DNA of 61,943 nt, filler included, from an uncultured bacterium (GTDB lineage: Bacteria > Hinthialibacterota > Hinthialibacteria > Hinthialibacterales > Hinthialibacteraceae): assembly GCA_964449065.1 (NCBI GenBank). It is 9 parts of 9 records of this genome, joined end to end, with 100 filler letters (N's around TTAATTAATTAA, not from the genome) between each part and the next. Parts side by side here need not be neighbours in the genome. Positions count along the whole stretch, not along the records: positions 34,713 to 41,508 come from CAYVAZ010000289.1; positions 41,609 to 48,341 come from CAYVAZ010000290.1; 7 more parts are not named here. The stretch is one strand, 5' to 3'. Numbering within the stretch: the first letter of the stretch is position 1; every line of letters begins with the position of its first letter. Below the pieces are notes generated by a model. It did no database searches, was not told where the DNA came from, and worked only from the letters and a program-made list of their open reading frames with translations. The translations under genes were made by a program, and so were the position numbers. Below, piece by piece: positions 36,769 through 46,945 of this stretch.

Positions 36769-38418
36769 CTAATTGTAAGTAGGCGTTAAAACCTGCGTCT
36801 TTAAATAATCCGGCAGGATGCAGATGGTTTCGCCATGCTGTCCGATTGCCCGGTATGCCCCATTCAAAATCTCCAACACATCCTGCACCTTTCGTTGTGA
36901 GGGAAAAAGAGTCTTGTTTTTCAAGCAGTTCTTTTTCAGTTGATCTTTTGACATACACAGCCCGTTTTCGCAAAACTGTTCGTAGATGAAGAATAGTTGC
37001 TTGCGGGTATCGGTATCGGTTTCGTAATCCAATACCTCGCGCAGGGGGATCAACGCTTGCCGGCGTTCTTCTTCGCTCAGTTGCTCGTTGTTTTCGCGAA
37101 CAAAGGCGGTTTCCGCCACCGCGACCGCTTTGCGTAAATCGCGGATGAAGTCTTTTTTGCTCAACGCGCGCTTGCTTAGTTTTTGACGCGACAGGCCATA
37201 TTCCAGCGCCTTGCGCAGTACGTTGATTTTAATCTCAAAGCCCCACTGTTCTTCATAAATGCGGGCATAATTTTGCTTCAAAAAGTTAATCGTCTTCTTC
37301 ATGTGTTCCAAGGAATGATTTTTACGCGTTCGGGCATATTGTTCCGCGGTTTTGCGGGTAATGCCTTCTTCTTCCATTAAATATTGCACCATTTGTTCCT
37401 CCGCTTCACTGGAGGCTTTTCCGGCTCGTCGCATGAGCTTAGCAATCGTTCGTTTTCCTCCCATTAAGTCTGATATGGCAATTTTGCCATTCGATAATTT
37501 CAGTAGATTCTGCATCGTCTGATAGGTAGCCCGTGCTGAGATGTATTTAATTTGCTCGGGTGATGCCCCCAATTTTTTGAGCAATTCTTTGCGGCTTTCA
37601 TAATCCATATAACGCTGTTTCGTGCGTTTGAGTTGATCACGCAGCCTTGCCAAGTTTGCTTTCATCCGGTTCGGCTCAATAAAGCCCAGTTCCTTTTGCA
37701 GTAAAGAGGCTTTTTTCTTCAGCATTTCCAAACTGGATTGGCTCACGAGAAACTCGAGATCCGATTCTAAAAACATTGGGCAAACCATATTTGAATCGGC
37801 CAGTTTTTCCAGGTATTCGTATTTTTCACGCCGTTCAACATGCCAAAGATTGCCGCGTTCAGCTCTCGCTTTGGACCGCGCATCAATTTTAGACGATGAC
37901 AAGGATAATTCGTTGACGCGCACAAAGGCTTTGTTGGAAATATAATAGTTTAATTTTTGCTGAAACCGCTCAAGAGATTTTCTCGTTGGCAAATCTTCCA
38001 AGTTCCACGCTTTTCGTATCTTGATAAGACCGTCTTCCCCTTCCATCGCGCAATTCCGCACGAATTGCAAATGAGATGCCAATAGAAAATCAGCGAGATA
38101 CTCCCGGATATGTCTGCCGATTCGTCTAAACCATTCTTCCATACGCGGATTTTCTTCAACCAGTTTTTCTTCCACTTTAAAAACTGTATTCAGCACATCT
38201 TTCGCGTCTTCATCATCCAACACAGGATGGGGCAATGAGAGAGGATTCTCTTGAAAATATGTGGTAACAATTTTTTGAGATTGATCGTATTTTGTAAAAT
38301 CCTGTCCTTTGGCGGCTTTCATGGCCTTCTCAATGTCAGGTACAAGAGATTGCCAACGGTTCGTTGCATCACCAAAATGTAAGGAATATTCAATATTGTG
38401 TTCTTGAACATGGGCCAT
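36769..38418 (-). CDS. Hypothetical 549-aa basic, helical cytoplasmic protein
   Basis: Long ORF, GGAGGA RBS, own terminator; no family recognised. Confidence 0.8.
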   Translation of the reverse strand: MAHVQEHNIEYSLHFGDATNRWQSLVPDIEKAMKAAKGQDFTKYDQSQKIVTTYFQENPLSLPHPVLDDEDAKDVLNTVFKVEEKLVEENPRMEEWFRRIGRHIREYLADFLLASHLQFVRNCAMEGEDGLIKIRKAWNLEDLPTRKSLERFQQKLNYYISNKAFVRVNELSLSSSKIDARSKARAERGNLWHVERREKYEYLEKLADSNMVCPMFLESDLEFLVSQSSLEMLKKKASLLQKELGFIEPNRMKANLARLRDQLKRTKQRYMDYESRKELLKKLGASPEQIKYISARATYQTMQNLLKLSNGKIAISDLMGGKRTIAKLMRRAGKASSEAEEQMVQYLMEEEGITRKTAEQYARTRKNHSLEHMKKTINFLKQNYARIYEEQWGFEIKINVLRKALEYGLSRQKLSKRALSKKDFIRDLRKAVAVAETAFVRENNEQLSEEERRQALIPLREVLDYETDTDTRKQLFFIYEQFCENGLCMSKDQLKKNCLKNKTLFPSQRKVQDVLEILNGAYRAIGQHGETICILPDYLKTQVLTPTYN

Positions 38419-38775
38419 GAGATAATGTCCTCCAGTTTAAAAGTGATTAGGACTATGGTTAAGATGTTATTATGACTCAAATTGTCATATTTAGATTATA
38501 CCATCTGGTGAGATGATTTGTCAACAATTTTAAGCAAAAAGTATGAACTATTTTTCTGAACAAGGCCTGGATAAACCCGCTTTAAAATAAATAAATCCAA
38601 AATCCTCTTATTTTCTAAGTTACGGTATACCAACACGATAAGTAACGCTAAAATTCGATTCGCATTTCAAAAAAAATGCTGTGTCACTTGAAAAATACAA
38701 AAAAAAGAGCTATTTGTATAATGTAGAAAAATTATATTCGTTTGTTTGCAATTGAGAGATAGAAAGGCTTTTTCA

Positions 38776-39111
38776 ATGGATATGAATGTTCGTCAAGAAT
38801 CTGACACTGCAATCGTTACGCTTGAGGGAAAGATGGACTGGCGCTCATTATCCGACTTTTCCGGTTCGATTGTACAATTGGTCGATTCCGGGACAAAGAA
38901 TATCCTTCTCGACTTCTCGAAAATGGAATACATGAGCAGTGCGGGTATTCGGGCATTGATTGAAGCCATGCAAAATGTTGAAAGCAAAGGCGGAAAACTG
39001 GCAATTTGCTCTCCCGGCAAATCAATTATGGAACTGTTTCAAGTCGTTCAGTTGGAAAAGATTATCCGTATTTACAAGACAGAATGGGATGCCTTAAATG
39101 AATTAATGTAA
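38776..39111 (+). CDS. STAS-domain anti-sigma-factor antagonist
   Basis: L.G.MD, ILLDFS.MEYMSSAGIRAL phosphorylatable Ser motif. Confidence 0.93.
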   Translation: MDMNVRQESDTAIVTLEGKMDWRSLSDFSGSIVQLVDSGTKNILLDFSKMEYMSSAGIRALIEAMQNVESKGGKLAICSPGKSIMELFQVVQLEKIIRIYKTEWDALNELM

Positions 39112-39150
39112 GTCTATTTATATCAATATATTATATCAAAAGAGTTTTTC

Positions 39151-41007
39151 ATGGATGAGCGTCATGAATCAACTTGGCAGGATATACGCCGCATCACTCC
39201 CAATTATCTGAATACCAACTTAGATACTCTCTCAACCAAACACCCTCATATTCATGAAGCACTACAAACTTCTTTACATCATCTCCATATAGAATTGCAT
39301 AGAACCGAACATACCCCAACACAAGCGGCAGAATTAATTGAAGACCGGTCCATGGTGTTTTATGATACACTTGACCTGCAAAAAGAATTCAGGCGGGTTC
39401 AACGATTTTCCCAACAACTTACACCGGCACCGCAAACCCAACTCTACTTTATTTTAGGATTCGATCTTGGATTTACCCTAACCCAACTCATCCGCTTTAT
39501 TTCACAATCAACTCGATCCGCTTTCGTGGTAATAGAGCCGGATATCCGCATGGCAGCCTGCACATTCGCGACGCAAGATATGACCCATTTCCTGCAATCC
39601 AACCGGATCGATTTTGTAGTGGGAAAGGATTATCTTTCCCAGTTGGATACCGTATTCGAGCAAAGAAACTATTTCGCCCTCCCGGAAATTAAAGTGGTTG
39701 CATCAACGACAGCCCATCTGCCGCGGTACGCGGACGAGTGGACACGGCTGAAGGACACCACATCTCATTTGCAGAAAAAATATCAACATCACTTTCAAAC
39801 AGAACTGGAAGAAACCCGGCAGTTCTATCAAAACAAACCGTGTCATCCCATTCAAACCATGCTCTCGCTCGTCCAAACCGGGGGATTGGCCGTCCGTTTC
39901 ATCCAACAGCGCTTCTTGACTGAATGCCAAAAACAAGGCGTTGAGATCATGAACTATCAACCCGGTTTTGCCAATGAAATCGGCATTCTACGAACCATAC
40001 ACCGCTATAAACCGGACTGCCTGCTCTTCATCAACCGCTCGCCCGGAGAGTATGTCAGTACCGATGTACTCAACACAATCCATATTCCCCGAATGGTTTG
40101 GTGCGTGGACGACCCCAACAGTTTTATCAAAGAGTCTTTCCACCGCAATGATATCGTTTTCACTTGGGATGATTCATACGCGGAAGATATGAAACGGAAA
40201 GGGGCTTATAATGTCGATCACTTTCCTTATGTTGCCGACTTGGATCAAGTGAACGCAAACGTGAGAGAAGACTTCCTGAGCCCGGTTAGTTATGTCGGCC
40301 AAGTGAAAGCCTTTCATCCGCAAGAATTAGGTTTGGATGACCCCACTGCTGCATTGGTCAAGCACGTCGCACGGGAGAAAAGCAAAAATCCGCTTGAACC
40401 CTACCAAAACTTAATCCTTGAGAACCAAGATTCATTCGGACTGCGTATTCTGAATGAGGGAACTGATGATGTACCCCGCTATGTTCGGTACAGCATTTAT
40501 CTGGTTGCCAACGCGTTGCGAAGAATCAGGATATTGGAAACCGCAATGCCGTTTGGGTTAAAAATCTATGGGGGGACCGACTGGCTTGAGGTTCTTGGAG
40601 ACCACCCTCTCAAAGATTGCTATTGCGGCTTGGCCGATCCGCAAACCGATGTGCCCGATATATTTTTATCCAGCAAAATCAATCTAAACATCCACAGTTT
40701 GCAAGCGCTTACCAGTTTAAACCAACGTGATTTCAATTGTCCGCTTGTTGGGGGATTTCTACTGACTGACTGGGTCGAAAAAGCGGATGCATTCTTCATT
40801 CCTGGGAAAGAACTCATGTTTTATCATGACACCGAAGATTTGAAGGGGAAAATTGCCTATTTTCTGAACCATGAAGAAGAGCGAAAAGACATCATCGAAC
40901 GGGGGAAAAGACGTGTTATGAAAGATCACACGTACGCCTCAAGAGTTCCCAAGGTAATCGATACCTTAAACCAAAGAATCCAAGAACAGATGTATAGTGA
41001 TGCGTAA
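39151..41007 (+). CDS. Glycosyltransferase (CgeB/YkvP-like C-terminus, Maf-like N-terminus)
   Basis: ILGF.LG...VIEPD; SKINLNIH..LNQR.F.....GGFLLTD...EER..I...G..RV...HTY..R. Confidence 0.8.
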   Translation: MDERHESTWQDIRRITPNYLNTNLDTLSTKHPHIHEALQTSLHHLHIELHRTEHTPTQAAELIEDRSMVFYDTLDLQKEFRRVQRFSQQLTPAPQTQLYFILGFDLGFTLTQLIRFISQSTRSAFVVIEPDIRMAACTFATQDMTHFLQSNRIDFVVGKDYLSQLDTVFEQRNYFALPEIKVVASTTAHLPRYADEWTRLKDTTSHLQKKYQHHFQTELEETRQFYQNKPCHPIQTMLSLVQTGGLAVRFIQQRFLTECQKQGVEIMNYQPGFANEIGILRTIHRYKPDCLLFINRSPGEYVSTDVLNTIHIPRMVWCVDDPNSFIKESFHRNDIVFTWDDSYAEDMKRKGAYNVDHFPYVADLDQVNANVREDFLSPVSYVGQVKAFHPQELGLDDPTAALVKHVAREKSKNPLEPYQNLILENQDSFGLRILNEGTDDVPRYVRYSIYLVANALRRIRILETAMPFGLKIYGGTDWLEVLGDHPLKDCYCGLADPQTDVPDIFLSSKINLNIHSLQALTSLNQRDFNCPLVGGFLLTDWVEKADAFFIPGKELMFYHDTEDLKGKIAYFLNHEEERKDIIERGKRRVMKDHTYASRVPKVIDTLNQRIQEQMYSDA

Positions 41008-41047
41008 TGTTTTTATACCGCTTCAATGAAATAATATGCGTTGTGCT

Positions 41048-41095
41048 GTACCGGCTGGAAGCCGATGCTCCCCGGCTTTTCAACTCTGAAATGCT
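41048..41095 (+). mobile_element. Partial MITE family B (right half)
   Basis: GTACCGGCTGGAAGCCGATGCTCCCCGGCTTTTCAACTCTGAAATGCT. Confidence 0.7.
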
Positions 41096-41187
41096 GTTGA
41101 AGGCATGTAAACGCGTCATACTTTATCCGCGAATGGATGCTGATGAAAACAAAAACCGAATAGCGGCATTTTTATAATTTTGTAAAT

Positions 41188-41508
41188 TTATGGCCGGCAG
41201 TTTTCGAGCGCGACTTCTAAGGCCCAGCTGGTAAAGGCGGCGTAATTAAAATCTTTGTAGCGTCCGCCCGCTGCGTCTCCTTTGTTTTTCTCCAGCACTT
41301 CTTTCATGACCGGTACGAGCGGGCAGGCTTGTTTGCCGATCAGTTGGATGGTTCGCGCTGCGTAAAGGGAGACCCAAGGCCGGTTATCCAAAACATTGCG
41401 TTTGAGTGCCCGCAGCGCTTTGTTTTCATAATCGAGTTTACAAAGCACTTCCGCGCTGGCAATCTGTACGCTGGGAGAATCATCATCCAAATGTTCCACC
41501 AAATGCGG
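41188..41508 (-). CDS. C-terminal HEAT-repeat fragment (5'-truncated; possibly a sulfatase tail)
   Basis: L.DDSPSVQIASAE.L; D..PWV.L.AA..I. Confidence 0.65.
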   Translation of the reverse strand, partial: PHLVEHLDDDSPSVQIASAEVLCKLDYENKALRALKRNVLDNRPWVSLYAARTIQLIGKQACPLVPVMKEVLEKNKGDAAGGRYKDFNYAAFTSWALEVALENCRP

Positions 41509-41608
41509 NNNNNNNNNNNNNNNNNNNNNNNNNNNNNNNNNNNNNNNNNNNNTTAATTAATTAANNNNNNNNNNNNNNNNNNNNNNNNNNNNNNNNNNNN
41601 NNNNNNNN

Positions 41609-41759
41609 AAGAGAGCGATTGCTCCCCATGACGCAGTAGCGTAATTAGAGGTTTATTCCTCCCAAACCCTCACCCCGGCCCTCTCCCGGTGGGCGAGGGC
41701 GATAGATTCAGCGAACGATGAGAAAAACGGGCATATCATAATGTAGTGCGTAACGTGAG
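41609..41759 (-). mobile_element. MITE family A, partial copy (left 151 bp)
   Basis: Reverse complement matches 35876 onward; TGCGTAACGTGAG at 41747-41759. Confidence 0.85.
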
Positions 41760-41796
41760 CTATCTAACTCACAATTTTATACCGAATGGGTGTGGT

Positions 41797-43218
41797 ATGA
41801 ACAATTCCGTCAAACTGGCTGTTTCGCTGCTGATTCCTTTCATCATCCTTATTATTCCCTCAACCTGGCTGCCGATTGAAAACCTGACCATCATTGAACA
41901 CCGCTTCATCGCCCTGTTCTTCCTGGCCGCCTTACTGTGGGTACTCGAACCCATTCCCGTTTATACCACATCGGTACTCATTATCGTTCTCGAACTGCTG
42001 ATGTGCTCCAACAAGAGTTTTATCCTCTTTCAAGTCGATCCTGACAACCCCGTTTCGGGCACCGTTCTCAAATACGACGATATCATGGCCACCTTCGCCT
42101 CCCCCATTATCCTGCTTTTTTTAGGGGGATTCTTCCTCGCTATGGCCACCACCAAATACCGTTTGGATATGAACCTCGCGCGTGTTTTGCTCAGACCCTT
42201 CGGCTCCAATCCCAAATGGATTATGCTGGGTTTGATGCTCATCACTTCTGTCTTTTCCATGTTCATGAGCAACACCGCCACCACCGCTATGATGCTGGCC
42301 ATCCTCGCCCCTGTATTACTTTCTTTCGATCAAGATGATCCCGGCAGAATCGCTTTTACGCTGGCCATTCCCTTTTCTGCTAATATCGGTGGTCTCGGCA
42401 CCCCCATCGGAACCCCGCCCAACGCCATCGCCATCAATTATCTCAAAGGCGATTTAGCTGTTTCTTTCGGAACCTGGATGATGATCAGCCTTCCTTTGGT
42501 TATCGCTTTGTTGATTGTAACATGGTTTCTGCTCATGTTCTTATTTCCCATCCGCTCCCAAAACATCGATCTCAACATCAAAAGCGAATTTCTTATAAAC
42601 TGGAAAGCCATCACCGTTTACATTACCTTTGCATCAACCATCCTGCTTTGGTTATCGGGCGGTGTTCACGGCATGAACTCGTATGTCGTCGCCATGATTC
42701 CGGTCGCCGTCTTCTCCGTCACCCAAATCATCACCAAAGATGACCTCAAGCGCATCAGCTGGGATGTCCTTTGGCTGGTCGCGGGCGGTATCGCGCTCGG
42801 CTTAGGGCTGGAAGAAAGCGGACTCTCCGCCCACATCATCCAAAGCATTCCGTTCGAAACCTTTTCTCCCTACATGATCGTATTCATGGTTACTGCCGTG
42901 ACCATTGTTATGGCAACGTTTATGTCCAACACCGCGACCGCCAACCTGCTGATGCCCATCGTCTTCGCGCTTGGAACTTCACTGCCCGGTGAACTCGCCC
43001 CCATCGGCGGCAGCAAAATGCTGATTCTCGCAACCACGTTTGCCGCGTCCCTGGCGATGTCGCTTGCCGTCAGCACACCACCCAACGCGATTGCCTACTC
43101 GACCGGATCCATCCAAAGCCAGCACATGCTTAAAGCCGGTGCCATGATTGGCGTAATCGGTTTGGGCGGCAATTATATTTTAATGGCCGCTCTCAATGCG
43201 GTAGGATTTTTCGGCTAA
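41797..43218 (+). CDS. DASS/SLC13-family anion transporter
   Basis: SMFMSNTAT, ANIGG.GTPIGTPPN, second MSNTAT, STPPNAI; many TMs. Confidence 0.95.
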   Translation: MNNSVKLAVSLLIPFIILIIPSTWLPIENLTIIEHRFIALFFLAALLWVLEPIPVYTTSVLIIVLELLMCSNKSFILFQVDPDNPVSGTVLKYDDIMATFASPIILLFLGGFFLAMATTKYRLDMNLARVLLRPFGSNPKWIMLGLMLITSVFSMFMSNTATTAMMLAILAPVLLSFDQDDPGRIAFTLAIPFSANIGGLGTPIGTPPNAIAINYLKGDLAVSFGTWMMISLPLVIALLIVTWFLLMFLFPIRSQNIDLNIKSEFLINWKAITVYITFASTILLWLSGGVHGMNSYVVAMIPVAVFSVTQIITKDDLKRISWDVLWLVAGGIALGLGLEESGLSAHIIQSIPFETFSPYMIVFMVTAVTIVMATFMSNTATANLLMPIVFALGTSLPGELAPIGGSKMLILATTFAASLAMSLAVSTPPNAIAYSTGSIQSQHMLKAGAMIGVIGLGGNYILMAALNAVGFFG

Positions 43219-43240
43219 ATGAAGGGCAAGGTATACCGAA

Positions 43241-44716
43241 ATGCAGACTTATGATACGATCCAACGAATACCAGCCAACCAAACTGAATCCGCATACTGG
43301 GACAGGATGAACAGAGCATCGATGAAACCAAACCCCTCGTTTCATGACAAAATCAATCCGAATCATGTGAAGCAAATCATCCAAACCTATTTTACCAATC
43401 CCGCCCAATCTATGGAGGTGAACCAGGGGCATACCCTGCTGCACGAAGGTCAAAATAACAACAAACTTTTCTATGTAACTAACGGTATACTCGAAGGCTT
43501 TTGGCTGGACAAAGATGGACACAAAATTGAATCGTTCGAAGCGGTGACCGGCAGTTTCATCGGCATTCCCAGCTTCTTTTCCGATACCAACATCAGCCTG
43601 CATACCGTCGTCGCCAAAAAAGATTCCACCCTGCATTACATCACCCGTGAGCAAAAACTCATCCCCTTCAACAACGCCGCGTCCCTTGAAGAACAGTTCA
43701 TGCCCATCGTTATCAACGAACTCATCCACCGCCAATTGCACGTACAGCAATTGGCCTTTGAGCGCGCCCAAACCCAAAAAGTATTGGCCCACCACGAAAA
43801 AATGGCTGCTCTCGGAAAAATATCCGCGGGAATCGCACACGAATTAAACAACGCCATCTCCGTTATCCAGCACAGCACCGAATGGCTCTCCAAATCGATC
43901 AAATCACTCATCAAAAAAAACGATGCGTTCGGCTCCAATATGTTTGATGAAGGATTGGCATGCGGAAGACAACTTTCCAGCCGGGAAATCCGCAAGAAAG
44001 CGCAAGCATTAGCCAAAACATGCCGTATTCCGCTCGCAAGCGCCAACCATTTGGCCCAGATGCAACTATCACCGGATCAAGAACAGAACGCCGCAAAGAA
44101 TTTAAAAGAATTAGAAGAAAAATACCAAAGTTGGGAACTCGGTGCCACCATGCACGATATGCAAACCGCGTCCAGTCATGCCGCTCATGTTGTTCGTTCT
44201 GTCAAAGCCTTAGGATCAAACTCCAATCTCCAAGCCAACATCGATGTCAATGAAACCATAGAAGAAGCCGTTACCCTGCTCACCAGCCCGCTGCGCAAAG
44301 TGCAGTTTGAAAAAGAACTCCAGCCGGTCGCGCCCATTACAGCCAACCGGGGTGAATTGGTTCAGGTCTGGGTCAACATCGTCCAAAACGCCGTTGAGAG
44401 TTTAATGGCAGACAAAATAGAACATCCGCTTGTTCGGGTAGAATCCACCATGCTCGCAACCAGCGTGCGGGTTAAAATATCCGACAACGGCAACGGCATC
44501 CCGCGGGATATTCTTCACAAAATTTTCGAACCGCAATTTACCACCAAAAGCGGCGAAGCTTCCGTAGGATTGGGACTGGGCCTAACCTTTGTCGACCGCA
44601 TTATCACCTCGCACAATGGGACCATAAAAGTAGAGAGCAAACCCGGAAACACCACCTTTACCATCACGCTTCCGGAAGGAGATGAACATGAGCAAACCCG
44701 CCATCATCTGCGTTGA
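43241..44716 (+). CDS. Cytoplasmic sensor histidine kinase with cNMP-binding-like domain; start uncertain
   Basis: EG..N.KLFYV..G; AGIAHELNN; QVWVNIVQNA, DNGNGIP, FTTK, GLGLGL. Confidence 0.92.
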   Translation: MQTYDTIQRIPANQTESAYWDRMNRASMKPNPSFHDKINPNHVKQIIQTYFTNPAQSMEVNQGHTLLHEGQNNNKLFYVTNGILEGFWLDKDGHKIESFEAVTGSFIGIPSFFSDTNISLHTVVAKKDSTLHYITREQKLIPFNNAASLEEQFMPIVINELIHRQLHVQQLAFERAQTQKVLAHHEKMAALGKISAGIAHELNNAISVIQHSTEWLSKSIKSLIKKNDAFGSNMFDEGLACGRQLSSREIRKKAQALAKTCRIPLASANHLAQMQLSPDQEQNAAKNLKELEEKYQSWELGATMHDMQTASSHAAHVVRSVKALGSNSNLQANIDVNETIEEAVTLLTSPLRKVQFEKELQPVAPITANRGELVQVWVNIVQNAVESLMADKIEHPLVRVESTMLATSVRVKISDNGNGIPRDILHKIFEPQFTTKSGEASVGLGLGLTFVDRIITSHNGTIKVESKPGNTTFTITLPEGDEHEQTRHHLR

Positions 44717-45170
44717 CGACCAACGGGAAATACTGGCCACGCTGCAAAAAGACCTCAGCGATTTGGAACCCTACTTCCAAATCGAATACTGCGAATCGGC
44801 GGAAGAAGCCAAAGAACTTCTCACCCAATTTGACGCGGAAGGCAAACGGACTGTGCTCATCATCAGCGACCACGTCATGCCCGAACAAAGCGGGGTGGAT
44901 TTTCTTATCGAACTGAACACCGACCACCGTTTCACCAACATCCCCTCCATGCTTCTAACCGGGCTGGCCACCCATCAAGACACCATCACCGCCATCAACG
45001 AAGCGGGCATTCAAGCCTACATCGAAAAACCGTGGGACAAAGAAACCCTGCTTAATAAAGCCAAACGCCTCTACACCCAAGCCATCCTGCGCGCGGGTAT
45101 CGACTACCAGCCATTCATCCCCGTCCTGGATCAAGAAATCCTGCTGCGCGAACTCCGTATGCAAACGTAG
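44682..45170 (+). CDS. Response regulator receiver protein
   Basis: CVDD, ISDHVMP, LLTG, EKPW. Confidence 0.93.
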   Translation: MNMSKPAIICVDDQREILATLQKDLSDLEPYFQIEYCESAEEAKELLTQFDAEGKRTVLIISDHVMPEQSGVDFLIELNTDHRFTNIPSMLLTGLATHQDTITAINEAGIQAYIEKPWDKETLLNKAKRLYTQAILRAGIDYQPFIPVLDQEILLRELRMQT

Positions 45171-45183
45171 TTGAAAAAAATGT

Positions 45184-45192
45184 TGCTATAAT
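45184..45192 (+). promoter_or_regulatory. Extended -10 element upstream of the antitoxin
   Basis: TGCTATAAT. Confidence 0.5.
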
Positions 45193-45226
45193 CATAATGA
45201 ATCTATAATTACATTTGGAGAATTGA

Positions 45227-45454
45227 TTGATGAATATTACACTTCCGGATGACCTTCAATTCAAAATACAAAATGCTGTAAAAGATACCAACAGGAACGT
45301 TGAAGATTTCGTACGTGAAGCCATCGAAACCCAATTGCAAGAAGAAGAGCGGCTTCGTTTACAGATTCAACAAGGCATAGATAGCGGACCGCCTGAAGTA
45401 TGGAATCCACAAGATATAAAGAAACGTGGCCAACAAAGATTCGAAATCAATTAG
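45227..45454 (+). CDS. parD: ParD-like (RHH) antitoxin without a toxin gene
   Basis: MNITLP.DL...I...V......FVREAI; LR..IQ.GIDSG. Confidence 0.75.
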   Translation: MMNITLPDDLQFKIQNAVKDTNRNVEDFVREAIETQLQEEERLRLQIQQGIDSGPPEVWNPQDIKKRGQQRFEIN

Positions 45455-45480
45455 AGCGGTTGTCAAAAATACGTTCGTTT

Positions 45481-45513
45481 TGGGAGGGTGAGGCTCCCGC
45501 CGAGCCAGAAGTA
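45481..45513 (-). repeat. REP-like repeat family C
   Basis: Reverse complement of the 940-973 / 17057-17090 unit. Confidence 0.85.
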
Positions 45514-45600
45514 AAGTTTCGAATCAATAAAAACCGTACTTTCTAAAATCGGTATAAACATGGGTTGCGTCTTTATAACTCACCGTTATCTTTTGCAATT

Positions 45601-45658
45601 TTCTCCCCCAAGTTGGGGGAGATGTCCGACGCCAGGAGGACAGAGAGGGTTGTGAAGC
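45601..45658 (+). repeat. C/G-rich hairpin repeat family E
   Basis: Homologous to 13632-13690. Confidence 0.8.
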
Positions 45659-45680
45659 AAGCAATAAACTTTCGATTACT

Positions 45681-46781
45681 CTATGATCTTAATTTATACA
45701 TCGCATAAACAAAGTTAATCAAAATCAAACCACCAATTACCAATCCACCAATCAAGAACGGCTGGCTTATTCCAAAACTTACTGAACTGGTTTTGATGAA
45801 TTCAGCTTTATCAGATGACGTTGTTACTTTACCGGAAGTTTCGGACACATTCGTTTCGCCGCTTCCCCCTTCCATCGCCAGCGACATCTCCCATTCACCC
45901 ACTAAACTGTGATCGATGAATGAATCCCAATCGGCGGCCAGCAGCAAATCCATACCGGGGTTGAGTTCCTTCACCTGGCAAGAACATGCCCCAATCACAA
46001 ACTCACACGCATGGCGGATGTTCTCTTCGTTAATCCCGTTGCCGATCAACGCGTACAATGCCCGCCCCCTGCCATACACCGGGAAAGCAATGGGTTCATC
46101 GCTGTAAGCGATTAAATCCGGCTCGGTTTGCAGCAACTGGGTCACAAAAAACTCTTCTTTCGGATCATCCCGCGAGACTTCCGTAAACGAGAACTTCAAC
46201 TTCAACGCATCGGCCCGCACACCGGGGTCTTGCTCCGGCAGTTGCAGCATCTCTTCCATTTTTTTGAGGTTGGATGCAATCAACTTGCGGGCGGTATCAT
46301 CCTTTTCGGCATCCCCGCAGGTCAACAACACCCACGCGGCCGATTCCCCCGCTGCTAACGATTCAATCACCGAAGTCCTGGCAGGCGACTCTATCAGATA
46401 TTGCACCGTCTCGTCATCCGCCGGCCCATGCCAAACAATTTCGCCGATTGGGGCGTTCGCGTTGCGCACCAACACCCACGGTGTCGATTCCGCCTCCAGC
46501 GATTCCCAGATTAAATCCATCGGTTGGTTGAGATCGTTGATACTCGTGTCCCGCAGCACATAATTGGCCGCCCCGCCATGATCGGCATCCCCGCTTTCCA
46601 ATTGATCAATCAACTCCAGCGGGATTTGATCATCATAAAACACGATGACCTCAAACAAATCCGGCGCCCAACGCTCCAACGCGTACCGGTAAACCGGTAT
46701 CTTGCAGGCATGGCTGAGAAGCGCGGTAAAGCACACCAATACGAATAGTAAACACAATTTGATGAATAGGTTCTGTTTCAT
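45681..46781 (-). CDS. Conserved-looking hypothetical secreted protein with C-terminal TM anchor
   Basis: Signal peptide; C.IPVYRYALERW, PVYGRGR, GACSCQVK..NPG.DLL. Confidence 0.8.
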   Translation of the reverse strand: MKQNLFIKLCLLFVLVCFTALLSHACKIPVYRYALERWAPDLFEVIVFYDDQIPLELIDQLESGDADHGGAANYVLRDTSINDLNQPMDLIWESLEAESTPWVLVRNANAPIGEIVWHGPADDETVQYLIESPARTSVIESLAAGESAAWVLLTCGDAEKDDTARKLIASNLKKMEEMLQLPEQDPGVRADALKLKFSFTEVSRDDPKEEFFVTQLLQTEPDLIAYSDEPIAFPVYGRGRALYALIGNGINEENIRHACEFVIGACSCQVKELNPGMDLLLAADWDSFIDHSLVGEWEMSLAMEGGSGETNVSETSGKVTTSSDKAEFIKTSSVSFGISQPFLIGGLVIGGLILINFVYAMYKLRS

Positions 46782-46945
46782 AATAAATAAATAATAACCC
46801 GAAAAGATTAAGATTTTATTTTGATGGAATATTTTTTTATGAAAAGGGGATGCGATTACCCTTAAATATGATTACAGAATCTTCAGAATGTATTTCATTC
46901 ATGTTAGAGTATTTTTACACAAAATGGAAAAGGGGATATACACAC

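Noticed and set aside
23100..41007. Treating fliA, STAS and the glycosyltransferase as one flagellar locus
   Set aside because: fliA is on a different contig, separated by artificial linkers.
41797..45170. DASS transporter with cNMP-domain kinase and receiver as a novel system
   Set aside because: Recognisable, ordinary transporter plus two-component arrangement; nothing anomalous in the sequence.
14578..45658. Dispersed repeats as a CRISPR array or integron attC sites
   Set aside because: Not regularly spaced with unique spacers; no cas or integron integrase gene; ends are TA-bounded TIRs, not attC R-boxes.
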